Of a DNA stretch of 64,000 nucleotides, positions 36,140 to 45,741 are shown piece by piece. The stretch comes from an uncultured Ectothiorhodospiraceae bacterium (lineage in GTDB: Bacteria; Pseudomonadota; Gammaproteobacteria; GCA-002705445; GCA-002716945): assembly GCA_964342155.1 (NCBI GenBank), contig CAYFEQ010000005.1, forward strand, positions 24,889-88,888, written 5' to 3'. The position numbers and the translations under genes are program-made. Below the pieces are notes generated by a model. The model saw only the letters and a program-made list of their open reading frames with translations, was not told where the DNA came from and did no database searches. Position 1 is the stretch's first letter. Each line of letters starts with the position of its first letter.

Positions 36140-37924
36140 CTACTTACCCTCCGCTTCTTTTCTCCATTTTATATCACAGATATAAGAACCAATAGCTAGA
36201 AATTCAACTGAACTTCTAAGAAAACAGTCGATAGCTTGTGTAGGGTTTTCTACTATAGGTTCTTGTATATTAAAAGAAGTATTCAAAACAACTCCTACGC
36301 CAGTTTTCTTTTCAAATGCATCGATTAACTTCCAATATAATAGATTATCTTTTTTATCTACTGTATGAACTCTTGCAGTACCATCTGTGTGTGTCACGGC
36401 AGGAATAATATTTTTCTTATCCTCTCTAACATTAGCGACAATATTCATGTAAGGTGATTCTTGATTTATTTCAAAAAAATCATTAGCAACTTCAATTTTA
36501 CATGATGGAGCAAAAGGTCTAAACAATTCTCTCTTTTTAATTTTTTTATTTAAGATATCACGAATTGAATCATTTCTAGGGTCAGCAATAAATGATCTGT
36601 TGCCTAAAGCTCGAGGTCCAAATTCTGAAGCACCTTGGAACCAAGCTATTACTTCACTACGTGAAAGAGCTGAAGAAAGCATTTCCAATAATTCTTTCTC
36701 ATTAAATTTTGTTGGTACAACCAAGCCTCTATTTTCAAAAGCTGATTTTATTTCATCATCGTTATAGGTTCTTCCAAGGTATGGTGAGTCCATTTTTAAA
36801 TGGTGATTGCTTCTCTTATCAAGTTTCATATATTTTTTTTCTGCTAAGAATGCAGCTCCTACTGCACATCCAGCATCATGAGGTGCGGGAGGAATCAAAA
36901 TATTTTTAAATAATTTATTCTTAATAATCTTTCCATTTGCTGTTACATTTAAACCACAACCACCAGCAATACAAAGGTTTTCAAAATTTGGTTCCTGTTT
37001 TTTTGTCCAAGCTAACATATGAAAAAGAATTTCTTCAAATACTAATTGAACACTTGATGCTATATTGTGATGATGTTCAGTAAATTCCTCATTTGGTTTT
37101 CGCGGTTTTCCAAGCTTACTTTCTAATTCAAAAGAAAAGGTGCCATGTAATGCAGCATGATAATTTAAAATTTTGGTATTTAATATGTATTCACCATCTG
37201 GCTTTTTTTGGAGAATCTTACTTAAAATATACTCCTTGAATACAGGCTTTCCATAAGGCGCCAAACCCATCATTTTATATTCTCCTTCTAACATTCTGAA
37301 ACCCAAAAAGCCTGTAAAAGAACTATAGAAATGGCCTAATGAATTTGGCCAGAGAATTGTTTTTAATCTCTTCTGAACGTCTCCATTAACTGAATATATT
37401 ACAGTTGAATCTGACTCCCCTCCTCCGTCATATGTAAGGCAAATAGTCTGTTTATAATTTGCTAGATACAAAATGCTAGCCGCATGACAATCATGATGAT
37501 CATAATATTTTATAGTTGCTGAAAAATTACCATATTCTTTTTTCAAGATTGATTTAATTCTAAATAAGTCTATCCATGATCCTCTCAATTCAGGATAATC
37601 ATCATTTTTATTTTTTTTCCCACTTATAATTTCCATTACTCGTTTGGCACGAAATTTTATATTTTTTGGATCTAAAATTGCTCCTTTCAAGACAGCAATA
37701 CTACGATTCATAAATCTCCACGGTTGCCAGTAAACTGCAATCTCATCTAAATCAGAAAAATTCATATCTGCAGAATTCAAACATGTTTTTATAGCATGAA
37801 ATGGGAAGCCACCATCATTTTTCATTCTAGTTAACCTTTCTTCTTCTATAGCAGCAATAACTTTACCATCAACAGTAATTGCAGCTGCACTGTTACCCAT
37901 AGTAGATAAACCTAGAATTTTCAT
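36140..37924 (-). CDS. Carbamoyltransferase (NodU/CmcH family)
   Basis: The N-terminal KILGLSTMGNSAAAITVDGKVIAAIEEERLTRMKNDGGFP is the characteristic NodU/HypF-like carbamoyltransferase N-domain. Length is 594 aa, with a YrdC/Kae1-like C-half. Confidence 0.8.
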   Translation of the reverse strand: MKILGLSTMGNSAAAITVDGKVIAAIEEERLTRMKNDGGFPFHAIKTCLNSADMNFSDLDEIAVYWQPWRFMNRSIAVLKGAILDPKNIKFRAKRVMEIISGKKNKNDDYPELRGSWIDLFRIKSILKKEYGNFSATIKYYDHHDCHAASILYLANYKQTICLTYDGGGESDSTVIYSVNGDVQKRLKTILWPNSLGHFYSSFTGFLGFRMLEGEYKMMGLAPYGKPVFKEYILSKILQKKPDGEYILNTKILNYHAALHGTFSFELESKLGKPRKPNEEFTEHHHNIASSVQLVFEEILFHMLAWTKKQEPNFENLCIAGGCGLNVTANGKIIKNKLFKNILIPPAPHDAGCAVGAAFLAEKKYMKLDKRSNHHLKMDSPYLGRTYNDDEIKSAFENRGLVVPTKFNEKELLEMLSSALSRSEVIAWFQGASEFGPRALGNRSFIADPRNDSIRDILNKKIKKRELFRPFAPSCKIEVANDFFEINQESPYMNIVANVREDKKNIIPAVTHTDGTARVHTVDKKDNLLYWKLIDAFEKKTGVGVVLNTSFNIQEPIVENPTQAIDCFLRSSVEFLAIGSYICDIKWRKEAEGK

Positions 37925-38814
37925 CCGATCAATTTCTCCTTTTTTAGATATTCAATTGATGTTTGGCTTCCACAATCATACCAGTTTGAATGATGTTTTG
38001 TAACAACCACTTCTGAGAATTTTTTTTCTATGTATATTTTATCAAAAGGATCGTTGGTAACAATAGAGTCGAATGCGACATGCTTTAATATAATGGAATT
38101 ATTAATCTTTTTAAAATTATCTACTGTAATAGAAATAGGTTCATAAATATTAAAAAAATTATCTTTAAAAATAGAATTATGTTTTTTATTATTGAACATA
38201 AAAATTCCAGTATTCCATAAAAAATTTTTATCATTATAAATTTTTTTGGCTAATGAACTATTAGGTTTTTCCCTAAAACTTTTAATTGTATATAGATTTT
38301 GAATACCTAATATTTCTTCCTTTATTTCAATATACCCATATTCAGATGAGCAGTATTTTGGGTATACACCTATCAAAAGTATTTTATTTTCCATTTGTTT
38401 CATCATAAGATTTAATATTTCTTTATTGAGATTAAAATTTTTCATTAAATGATCTGTGGGTGCAACAATAATCCATCTTTCACCATATAGTTTTTCAGAA
38501 ATATATGAGCCAAGCATACAACTGACAGCTGTATTTTTTGCACTTGGTTCACAGACTATGTTTTTTAAAGGCACACCTATTTCCCTGGATTGATTTTTTA
38601 CATATAATTTATATTTTTCATTGGTGATTATAATTGGATGATCAAAATCATCACTGTTTGAGAATCTTAACAGTGCCTGTTGAAATAATGTTTTTTTACC
38701 AAAAAAGTTAGAAAATTGTTTAGGTAGACCGTCAGAAATATATTTGTTTACTCTAGAGCCCTCTCCTCCAGCTAGAAGTATTGGCAAAATTAAATTCGAT
38801 TTTTTTTTATTCAA
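37921..38814 (-). CDS. Mannose-1-phosphate guanylyltransferase-like sugar nucleotidyltransferase (N-terminal NTP_transferase domain only, no cupin)
   Basis: ILPILLAGGEGSRV...GLPKQF matches the ManC/GMP N-terminus (G-G-x-G-x-R-L). Length is 297 aa. Confidence 0.65.
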   Translation of the reverse strand: MNKKKSNLILPILLAGGEGSRVNKYISDGLPKQFSNFFGKKTLFQQALLRFSNSDDFDHPIIITNEKYKLYVKNQSREIGVPLKNIVCEPSAKNTAVSCMLGSYISEKLYGERWIIVAPTDHLMKNFNLNKEILNLMMKQMENKILLIGVYPKYCSSEYGYIEIKEEILGIQNLYTIKSFREKPNSSLAKKIYNDKNFLWNTGIFMFNNKKHNSIFKDNFFNIYEPISITVDNFKKINNSIILKHVAFDSIVTNDPFDKIYIEKKFSEVVVTKHHSNWYDCGSQTSIEYLKKEKLIG

Positions 38815-39265
38815 ATTTAATGAGAAGCTGTTTTCTGGCTAAAATATAATCATCCTCACTTATAAGTCCTCTTAAATATTGATCTTTAAGAGTTTCAAGT
38901 TGGACTAATGTCTTAGAAACCATGACCTCATATTGAGCATCTTTTGGTTTTGCGCACCCTTTTTTTTGATATAAACGTAACAAGTGTTCCTTTCTCTCGG
39001 AGGCATTATATTCAGCATGGATTGATGTTCCATAAGTCACAAAATATGCAGGAAAAAAGAATAATCCCGAAAGTATATTCTCATCTGTAGCTCCTTTATT
39101 TTGATGTGCAATATCTTCATTTAAATTAGCTGATTCATAAGCAAGCAAGAGCTCCTTACAGGTCATAACTTCATCACCAGCTTGCCTTATATCCATGGCC
39201 TTAGGTGTAGCACATGATGCAGAAAATATTAAGATTAATCCATATATTACTGATTTATTATACAT
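38807..39265 (-). CDS. Putative lipoprotein with a C-terminal SHOCT-like motif
   Basis: It has a signal peptide plus lipobox (LIFSASC). The C-terminal LRGLISEDDYILARKQLL resembles a SHOCT short C-terminal domain. Confidence 0.4.
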   Translation of the reverse strand: MYNKSVIYGLILIFSASCATPKAMDIRQAGDEVMTCKELLLAYESANLNEDIAHQNKGATDENILSGLFFFPAYFVTYGTSIHAEYNASERKEHLLRLYQKKGCAKPKDAQYEVMVSKTLVQLETLKDQYLRGLISEDDYILARKQLLIKFE

Positions 39266-39362
39266 TTTTATTAAATTTTTAAGATTACCCTATGTATATT
39301 CTATTAAAAATTGAAACTTATAGAAAGAACTAAAATATGCATTTCTCACAACTATACCTATT

Positions 39363-39845
39363 TTAGTATTTTTTTTTCCTAAACTTCCATGGTTCTACAG
39401 GTGAATAATTTGACCACAGTCCCAACTTATTTGTTCGAGCGTGATTCTCTAAATTCATAAGGTAGTGATTGGATCTATCAGATCTATAAACCCATGCATT
39501 TCCACTTTTTATCATTTTTGCATTAATAAAAATTCGCTTGTCAGAAGTATATAAGTAAATTTCTGCCAATTGCCTGCCATATCTATCATTTTTAATAGTA
39601 TCTATTATAACTTTTTTATTCATAATGATATTTTTTAAAAAATCTCTAGAAGAATTGCCATAGTCTTGATTTTTTTCAGGAGCATCAATATATAATAGTC
39701 TAATTTTAAATATTTCACCTTTAGTTTGAACATTGATTGTGTCACCATCCGTTACTTTCACAACAATTGCTTCATACTCATAAGCGTTTACAATTTTAAA
39801 AAAGGAGAGGACAAAAAATAAAAAGAATGTTTTAAAAATATTCAC
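39363..39845 (-). CDS. Secreted thermonuclease (staphylococcal nuclease / SNase-like)
   Basis: It has an N-terminal signal peptide (MNIFKTFFLFFVLSFFKIVNA). VTDGDTI, RLLYIDAPE and DRYGRQLAEIY are SNase catalytic motifs. Confidence 0.75.
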   Translation of the reverse strand: MNIFKTFFLFFVLSFFKIVNAYEYEAIVVKVTDGDTINVQTKGEIFKIRLLYIDAPEKNQDYGNSSRDFLKNIIMNKKVIIDTIKNDRYGRQLAEIYLYTSDKRIFINAKMIKSGNAWVYRSDRSNHYLMNLENHARTNKLGLWSNYSPVEPWKFRKKKY

Positions 39846-41035
39846 AGATTGGTAAAAAATTCTTTGATTGGAACTGAAAAGTTTTCAGTGTCAACTAAAA
39901 ATGAATCATGGCCTTGAATTGAATGTAAGGTTTTGAAGGTTACTTGAGATCCAGCTTGAGATAAACCTTCTGCTATTTCTTTTTGTTGTTGGATTGGGAA
40001 TAAGGTATCAGTATCTACTCCCAATACAAGAGCTTTTTTAATATTAGTTTTTGATAATGCATTAACTGTAGAATCTCCATGTTCAGCAAGATCAAACCAG
40101 TCCATAGCACGAGATAAGTAAAGATAACAGTTAGCATCAAAAACATTTTGAAATTTTACTGCGTGATGCTCTAAATACGATTCAATTTCATATTCAAAAT
40201 TGGTGTTATCAATTCCAAATGTATTTTGAGTAATTAAAGCACCTGAGGTTTTTTTTCTCCCAAACCTTTGAATCCATTCTGTCGATGATCTATATGAGGT
40301 CATTCCTAATTTACGTGCTATTCTAACACCGTTTAAGGGTGGCTCTTCATAAGAATAAAATCCGTTTTTCCATAAAGGATCTTTCCTTATAACCTCACGC
40401 TGCAATGATCGTATGGCAATAGCAAAAGGTAATGCCTGTGTAGCAGTAGAAATTAAAATTATATTTTCTACTGATTTATTATGGAGTACAGAATAAGCTA
40501 AGGCTTGCATCCCTCCCATAGATGGTCCAATTAAAACCTTAATTTTTTTTATTCCTATTTTTTTAATTAATAAATGAGATGCGTTCGCCATATCCTCAAT
40601 TGACAATGCTGGAAATGCAAGTCTATATGGCTTAGAAGTTTTTTTATTAATAGATACAGGGCTAGTTGAACCAAAACAACTTCCTAATGAATTAACACAA
40701 ATAACAAAATATTTATTTACATCAACTGCTTTGTCAGGACCTACAATTGAATCCCACCAACCTGGGGCACTATCTTTGTCCGAAGAAGCAATGTGAGAGC
40801 TAGGTGATAATCCGGTGAAGATAACAATGACATTTGTCTTATTTTCATTTAGTTTTCCCCATGTTTCATAAGCCATATCAAGATGGTCTAATTTTCCTCC
40901 CCTTTTCATTTCAAATGATTCCGCTACTGACATTACTGTTGCGGAAGTATTATCATGCTTAAACATAGGTATCACTTTTTTATTATCACTATTTTTCATA
41001 AGGGGGATGTTAGTATAAATTTTTATTGAGTACAA
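39842..41035 (-). CDS. metX: Homoserine O-acetyltransferase
   Basis: It has an alpha/beta hydrolase fold with the GPSMGGMQALAYS nucleophile elbow. The conserved GWWD..VGP...D and FVICVNSLGSCFGSTSP segments are typical of MetX. The start position is uncertain because it overlaps the holB 3' end. Confidence 0.8.
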   Translation of the reverse strand: MYSIKIYTNIPLMKNSDNKKVIPMFKHDNTSATVMSVAESFEMKRGGKLDHLDMAYETWGKLNENKTNVIVIFTGLSPSSHIASSDKDSAPGWWDSIVGPDKAVDVNKYFVICVNSLGSCFGSTSPVSINKKTSKPYRLAFPALSIEDMANASHLLIKKIGIKKIKVLIGPSMGGMQALAYSVLHNKSVENIILISTATQALPFAIAIRSLQREVIRKDPLWKNGFYSYEEPPLNGVRIARKLGMTSYRSSTEWIQRFGRKKTSGALITQNTFGIDNTNFEYEIESYLEHHAVKFQNVFDANCYLYLSRAMDWFDLAEHGDSTVNALSKTNIKKALVLGVDTDTLFPIQQQKEIAEGLSQAGSQVTFKTLHSIQGHDSFLVDTENFSVPIKEFFTNL

Positions 41036-42005
41036 TCAATAAATTATCAAAGTAAAGTTTCTGATTTATATTGTAAAAAGAGCTTTTTTTCTTTTCTAAA
41101 AGAATAGTTAATATTTTTATTGATTGTGCTGGTGATATGGATATTAATTCAAAAAGAGACTCATATAATTTTTTAATTGTCTTATTATTAGATATAAAAC
41201 TACCTTTCATCAATATATTAAAAATTGAAATTAAATAATCAACTACTATTATACCTCTAGAATGCCATTTTTCTGCTAAGACTAATGGATCAATTTTATT
41301 TTTATAGAGTAAGTGTAATTCATTCTCAATCTCAGCGTAATCTTCCATATAATTCTCATTTTCTAATATTACTTTTAATGTTGGCTTTGAAGATAGAAAA
41401 TGTTCAAAAAAACTTATATCAGACAAAGAGGTTTCACTTAAATTAAAATTAAATATATGACATCTACTTTTAATTGTTTCAGGAATCAGATGCACTTCGG
41501 AGTTTAGTAAAAAGAAAACTGCTGGAGAATTGGTTTCTTCAAGCGTTTTCAAAAAAGCCGCACTTGCTTCTTTATTTAAATCTTCAATATTATTTATAAT
41601 TATAAATTTATGATTATACCTAGATGAATAACTAACGAATTCAGATAATTCTCTAATCTGATCAATAGTAATTTCTGTACCAATCCGATTATCATCAATT
41701 TTTTCTTCAAAGCCAAATTTATATAATAGTCTTTCATTATTATCAGTAGTTTTAATTAATTTCCCAGATTTATCATAAATTGGTAATGACAGATGTAAAA
41801 TATCTGCATTATTTGATAAAGGTTTATTTAATTTAAAATTATTTTTACTAAAATAATCTGTGATAATATGTTCGACCAAAGCAAACTTTCCACAACTATC
41901 ATTTCCAGAAATAATTATATTATAATTTTTCTTTTTCAAGTCGTATTGTTCCGAAAATTGTTGAAAATTAATTTCTAGATAGTCATCAATCATTAAATAA
42001 TCCAT
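41010..42005 (-). CDS. holB: DNA polymerase III delta-prime subunit
   Basis: It has an AAA+ P-loop (GNDSCGKFALVEHI). Its position immediately after tmk follows the conserved tmk-holB synteny. Length is 331 aa. Confidence 0.65.
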   Translation of the reverse strand: MDYLMIDDYLEINFQQFSEQYDLKKKNYNIIISGNDSCGKFALVEHIITDYFSKNNFKLNKPLSNNADILHLSLPIYDKSGKLIKTTDNNERLLYKFGFEEKIDDNRIGTEITIDQIRELSEFVSYSSRYNHKFIIINNIEDLNKEASAAFLKTLEETNSPAVFFLLNSEVHLIPETIKSRCHIFNFNLSETSLSDISFFEHFLSSKPTLKVILENENYMEDYAEIENELHLLYKNKIDPLVLAEKWHSRGIIVVDYLISIFNILMKGSFISNNKTIKKLYESLFELISISPAQSIKILTILLEKKKSSFYNINQKLYFDNLLIVLNKNLY

Positions 42006-42606
42006 CTATATGTTTAGCAATAATTTTATTAACAGTACTTTTATCCTGAGTTGTTTCAATTTTTATAGCTTTTTTATTTTCTTTGAAAATATCCTCATAA
42101 CCCTCTTGAATCTTTTCTAAGAATTTTCTCCCTTTACTTTCAAATTTATCTGACGTCTCTCTTCTATTTAATCTCGCAAGGCAAGTATCTATGTCTGCAT
42201 CTAAATAAAAAATTAATGAAATTTTTTCTGAGAAATAATGATCTAAATTCTTATGTAAATTTATCACATCTTGGTCGGAATTAATAAGCCCTTGGTATAC
42301 GAGTGTAGAATAATGAAATCTATCGCAAATTACAGTTTGATTATCATCTAATGCTTTAAGAATAACGCTATGATAGTTTATAATTCTTGATGCATAAAAT
42401 AACAATGATTCTGAAAAAGGTTTTAAATTTGACTTATTGTCTAATAGAATTTTTCTTATACTCTCTCCTGCCGGTGTTCCGCCAGGTTCTCTGGTTACGA
42501 TATGTTTAATATTATTCTTTTTGAGGTGATCGGATGCAAAATCAATATGTGTGGATTTTCCAGTTCCTTCATTTCCTTCAAAAACGATAAATTTAGCTTT
42601 AGTCAT
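41986..42606 (-). CDS. tmk: Thymidylate kinase
   Basis: FIVFEGNEGTGKST and TREPGGT are Tmk hallmarks. Confidence 0.85.
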   Translation of the reverse strand: MTKAKFIVFEGNEGTGKSTHIDFASDHLKKNNIKHIVTREPGGTPAGESIRKILLDNKSNLKPFSESLLFYASRIINYHSVILKALDDNQTVICDRFHYSTLVYQGLINSDQDVINLHKNLDHYFSEKISLIFYLDADIDTCLARLNRRETSDKFESKGRKFLEKIQEGYEDIFKENKKAIKIETTQDKSTVNKIIAKHIDGLFND

Positions 42607-43433
42607 TGCTTGTTGGTATAAATAAATCTCTTGAGTACATTATACAATAACTTTGGTTTTGAAAATTTCTTTTTGCCAATTTGATTGATAAAAGTCAATC
42701 CTTGGATAGAATTAGTAATAAAACAGCTCTCATAGGATTTAATCATTTTCTTATTTATATCAATAATTTTAACGTTTAAATTCCTCTTTCTTAAAAAATT
42801 AATTATTTTATTTCGCAAAATACCCTCTATTCCACACATACTGATTTTTGGTGTCACAAAAATAAATTCATTATTTTTAGATGTGACAAAAAAAATATTT
42901 GAAGATAGGCACTCTATTAAATTATTGTTTTCATCTAAAACAACTAAGTCATCAAGTTCTTCGCGTTTACATAAATCATTTGCTATAAAAACTTGCTCCA
43001 GCCTTCCAAGATGCTTAATCTTTGCAAGCTGAATATTATATTTCAAATGGTATTTAGAAAAATCTAATTTATTTTTTTTATTAATGGGTTGGCGCTTCGA
43101 TTTAATTTTAAAAAAGTAAATATTAGGGGATATCTTTGTTTTAATTTTGTATCCAAAATCTGAAACCCCTCTTGTCAATACAATTTTTACAACACATTCC
43201 TTAACATTCCCAATACATAATTTGATATTTTTTTTAATTAGATTGTCTGAGGGTTTAGGTAATTTTAAAACTGAACAACCGTTATAAAGTCTCTTTATGT
43301 GTTCGCGAAGATAAATAGGCTGTCTATTCTTGATCAATATTGTCTCAAAAAGGCCATCACCATAATTAAACCCTCTATCATTCCATGGGATTGTCTTTTT
43401 GTTGATATAGACGTTAATTTTGGTTTTGCTCAT
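42603..43433 (-). CDS. pabC: Class IV aminotransferase-fold protein, probably aminodeoxychorismate lyase
   Basis: RGFNYGDGLFETI is the class IV PLP motif. Its position downstream of fabF and before tmk-holB follows the conserved fabF-pabC-(mltG)-tmk-holB arrangement. Confidence 0.6.
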   Translation of the reverse strand: MSKTKINVYINKKTIPWNDRGFNYGDGLFETILIKNRQPIYLREHIKRLYNGCSVLKLPKPSDNLIKKNIKLCIGNVKECVVKIVLTRGVSDFGYKIKTKISPNIYFFKIKSKRQPINKKNKLDFSKYHLKYNIQLAKIKHLGRLEQVFIANDLCKREELDDLVVLDENNNLIECLSSNIFFVTSKNNEFIFVTPKISMCGIEGILRNKIINFLRKRNLNVKIIDINKKMIKSYESCFITNSIQGLTFINQIGKKKFSKPKLLYNVLKRFIYTNKQ

Positions 43434-43441
43434 TCAAAATT

Positions 43442-44683
43442 CTAATTAAAATTAGAAAATATTAAAGATCCGTTTGTCCCACCAAAACCAAATGAATTTG
43501 ATAGAGCGTATTCAATTGAAAGGTCTCTTGATCCTGATACATTAAAATCTAAATCACATTCAGGGTCTTGTTCAAAAATATTAATTGTTGGATGAACTTT
43601 TTTGTTTGAAATAGAAAGAATCGTAACAATGGCTTCAACGCCACCTGCTGCACCAAGTAAATGCCCAATCATTGATTTAGTGGAATTCACTACTATTTTA
43701 TTCGAATTATTTATAAATACATTTTTAATAGCTTTTGCCTCAACCAAATCTCCAGCTGGTGTTGATGTTCCATGAGCATTAATGTAATTTATTTGATCAG
43801 GATTTATCTCCCCATCCTTTAAAGCATTAGTCATGCACCTACTTGCCCCTTCTCCAGTTTCAGATGGAAGCGTCATATGAAAAGCATCTGCACTCATCCC
43901 ATAGCCAATTACCTCTGCATATATTTTTGCATTTCTTTTTTTAGCATGTTCCAATTCTTCTAAAATAATTACCCCTGCTCCATCGCCTAGTACAAAACCA
44001 TCACGATCTTTGTCCCATGGCCTGCTAGCTGTCTCAGGAGAATCATTTCTTTTCGATAAAGCTCGAGCTGCTGCAAAACCTCCTACTCCTAAAGGAGAGG
44101 TTGCCATTTCTGCGCCTCCACAAACCATGATGTCTGCATGATTAAATTGTATCTGACGCAATCCCTCACCTATATTATGTGTTCCGGTTGTACACGCTGT
44201 TACAATCGATAAATTAGGGCCTTTAAATCCATATTTGATAGAAAGGTTTCCAGAAATCATATTTATTATAGATGCTGGAACAAAAAATGGAGATATCTTT
44301 CTTGCCCCCTCCTTTTCATAAACTGATCTCGTATCTTCAATATATTTTAACCCCCCTATTCCAGAACCAATAGATACTCCAACTTTTTCTAAATTAATTT
44401 TGTCTGAGTCTATTCCAGAATCTTTTACTGCATCAATCGCGGCCGCCATGCCGTATTGAAGAAACAAATCCATTTTACGTTGTTCTTTGGTATCTAGATA
44501 TTTATCAACTTCAAAATTCTTAACTGATGCAGAAAATTTAACTGGCATATCAGTTACATCAAAGGTAGTAATTGTTGATGCTCCAGATTTTCCAGCTAAA
44601 AGTGATTCCCAAAAACTATCAACGGTATTTCCGATAGGTGTTAGACAACCCATCCCTGTAACAACGACTCTTCTTTTTTGCAT
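43442..44683 (-). CDS. fabF: 3-oxoacyl-ACP synthase II
   Basis: It has the KAS active-site Cys region (SIVTACTTGTH), HGTSTPAGD and GHLLGAAGG. Length is 413 aa. Confidence 0.9.
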   Translation of the reverse strand: MQKRRVVVTGMGCLTPIGNTVDSFWESLLAGKSGASTITTFDVTDMPVKFSASVKNFEVDKYLDTKEQRKMDLFLQYGMAAAIDAVKDSGIDSDKINLEKVGVSIGSGIGGLKYIEDTRSVYEKEGARKISPFFVPASIINMISGNLSIKYGFKGPNLSIVTACTTGTHNIGEGLRQIQFNHADIMVCGGAEMATSPLGVGGFAAARALSKRNDSPETASRPWDKDRDGFVLGDGAGVIILEELEHAKKRNAKIYAEVIGYGMSADAFHMTLPSETGEGASRCMTNALKDGEINPDQINYINAHGTSTPAGDLVEAKAIKNVFINNSNKIVVNSTKSMIGHLLGAAGGVEAIVTILSISNKKVHPTINIFEQDPECDLDFNVSGSRDLSIEYALSNSFGFGGTNGSLIFSNFN

Positions 44684-44690
44684 TATGCTT

Positions 44691-44927
44691 TTATTTAAGA
44701 TTTGCGTTTATATAATCAATTGCCTGTTGAACAGATGTTATTTTTTCAGCTTCTTCATCAGGTATTTCGGTATCAAATTCATCCTCTAAGGCCATGACTA
44801 GTTCCACAGTGTCTAGTGAGTCAGCTCCAAGATCATCAACAAATTTTGACTCATTTTTAATTTCTTCTTCTTTTACCCCAAGTTGCTTAACAATGATGTT
44901 CTTCACTCGTTCATCTATGTCGCTCAT
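44691..44927 (-). CDS. acpP: Acyl carrier protein
   Basis: It has the phosphopantetheine-attachment motif [20 protein letters not shown]. Length is 78 aa. Confidence 0.9.
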   Translation of the reverse strand: MSDIDERVKNIIVKQLGVKEEEIKNESKFVDDLGADSLDTVELVMALEDEFDTEIPDEEAEKITSVQQAIDYINANLK

Positions 44928-45003
44928 ATCTAGTTTATCTCCTCTTTAAGTTTGAATTTTTGTTATATAGGTTATGAATATTCTACAAGATATTAAGAGA
45001 ATT

Positions 45004-45741
45004 TCACATATATAACCCACCATTTATATTAATATTTTCACCAGTAATGTATGAAGCATCATCAGACGCTAAAAAGTTTACTGCTGCCGCCAATTCAGAG
45101 GCCTCACCCATACGTGCTAGAGGGATAGAATTTAACAACATTTTTTTCTGTTCTTCTGTCATTACTTTTGTCATATCCGTATCTATGAATCCAGGGGAGA
45201 TAGAGTTTACGGTAATATTCCTAGATGCTACTTCTCTAGCCAAAGATTTAGTAAAACCAATCAACCCGGCTTTAGTGGATGAATAGTTAGTTTGACCTGC
45301 ATTTCCCATAAGCCCTACCACAGAACCGATATTTATTATTCTTCCATATCTATTTTTCATCATATCTTTTAAAAATTCTTTAGACATCCGATAGAGAGAG
45401 GACAAATTAGTGTTTATTACTTCATCCCATTCTTCTTCAGACATCCTAATTAGTAAGTTGTCTTTGTTTATACCGGCATTATTTACAAGCACAGAGACAA
45501 CACCGTATTCTTTTTGAATAAAGGCATTAAGATTAGCAATAGCTTCTATAGATTTGACATCTAAAACAAATCCTGCACCTTTAAAGTTATTTTCTTTGAT
45601 TGTTTGATTAATAATCGCCACACCTTCATCAGATCTTGAAGTTCCTATTACAGTATGTTGAGACTTTGCTAAGGCAATTAGAATTTCCTTTCCAATTCCT
45701 TTATTTGCACCACTTATTACTGCTATTTTTTCATTTTTCAC
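45004..45741 (-). CDS. fabG: 3-oxoacyl-ACP reductase
   Basis: It has SDR motifs (SGANKGIGKEI, NNAG, YSSTK) and sits within the fabD-fabG-acpP-fabF context. Confidence 0.9.
   Translation of the reverse strand: MKNEKIAVISGANKGIGKEILIALAKSQHTVIGTSRSDEGVAIINQTIKENNFKGAGFVLDVKSIEAIANLNAFIQKEYGVVSVLVNNAGINKDNLLIRMSEEEWDEVINTNLSSLYRMSKEFLKDMMKNRYGRIINIGSVVGLMGNAGQTNYSSTKAGLIGFTKSLAREVASRNITVNSISPGFIDTDMTKVMTEEQKKMLLNSIPLARMGEASELAAAVNFLASDDASYITGENININGGLYM

Noticed and set aside
1-39300. I considered identifying the island as the classical SAR11 HVR2 inserted between the 23S and 5S rRNA genes.
   Set aside because: There is no rRNA gene in the window. The visible right flank is metX-holB-tmk-fabF and not rRNA. 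It is described generically as a hypervariable-type glycan island.
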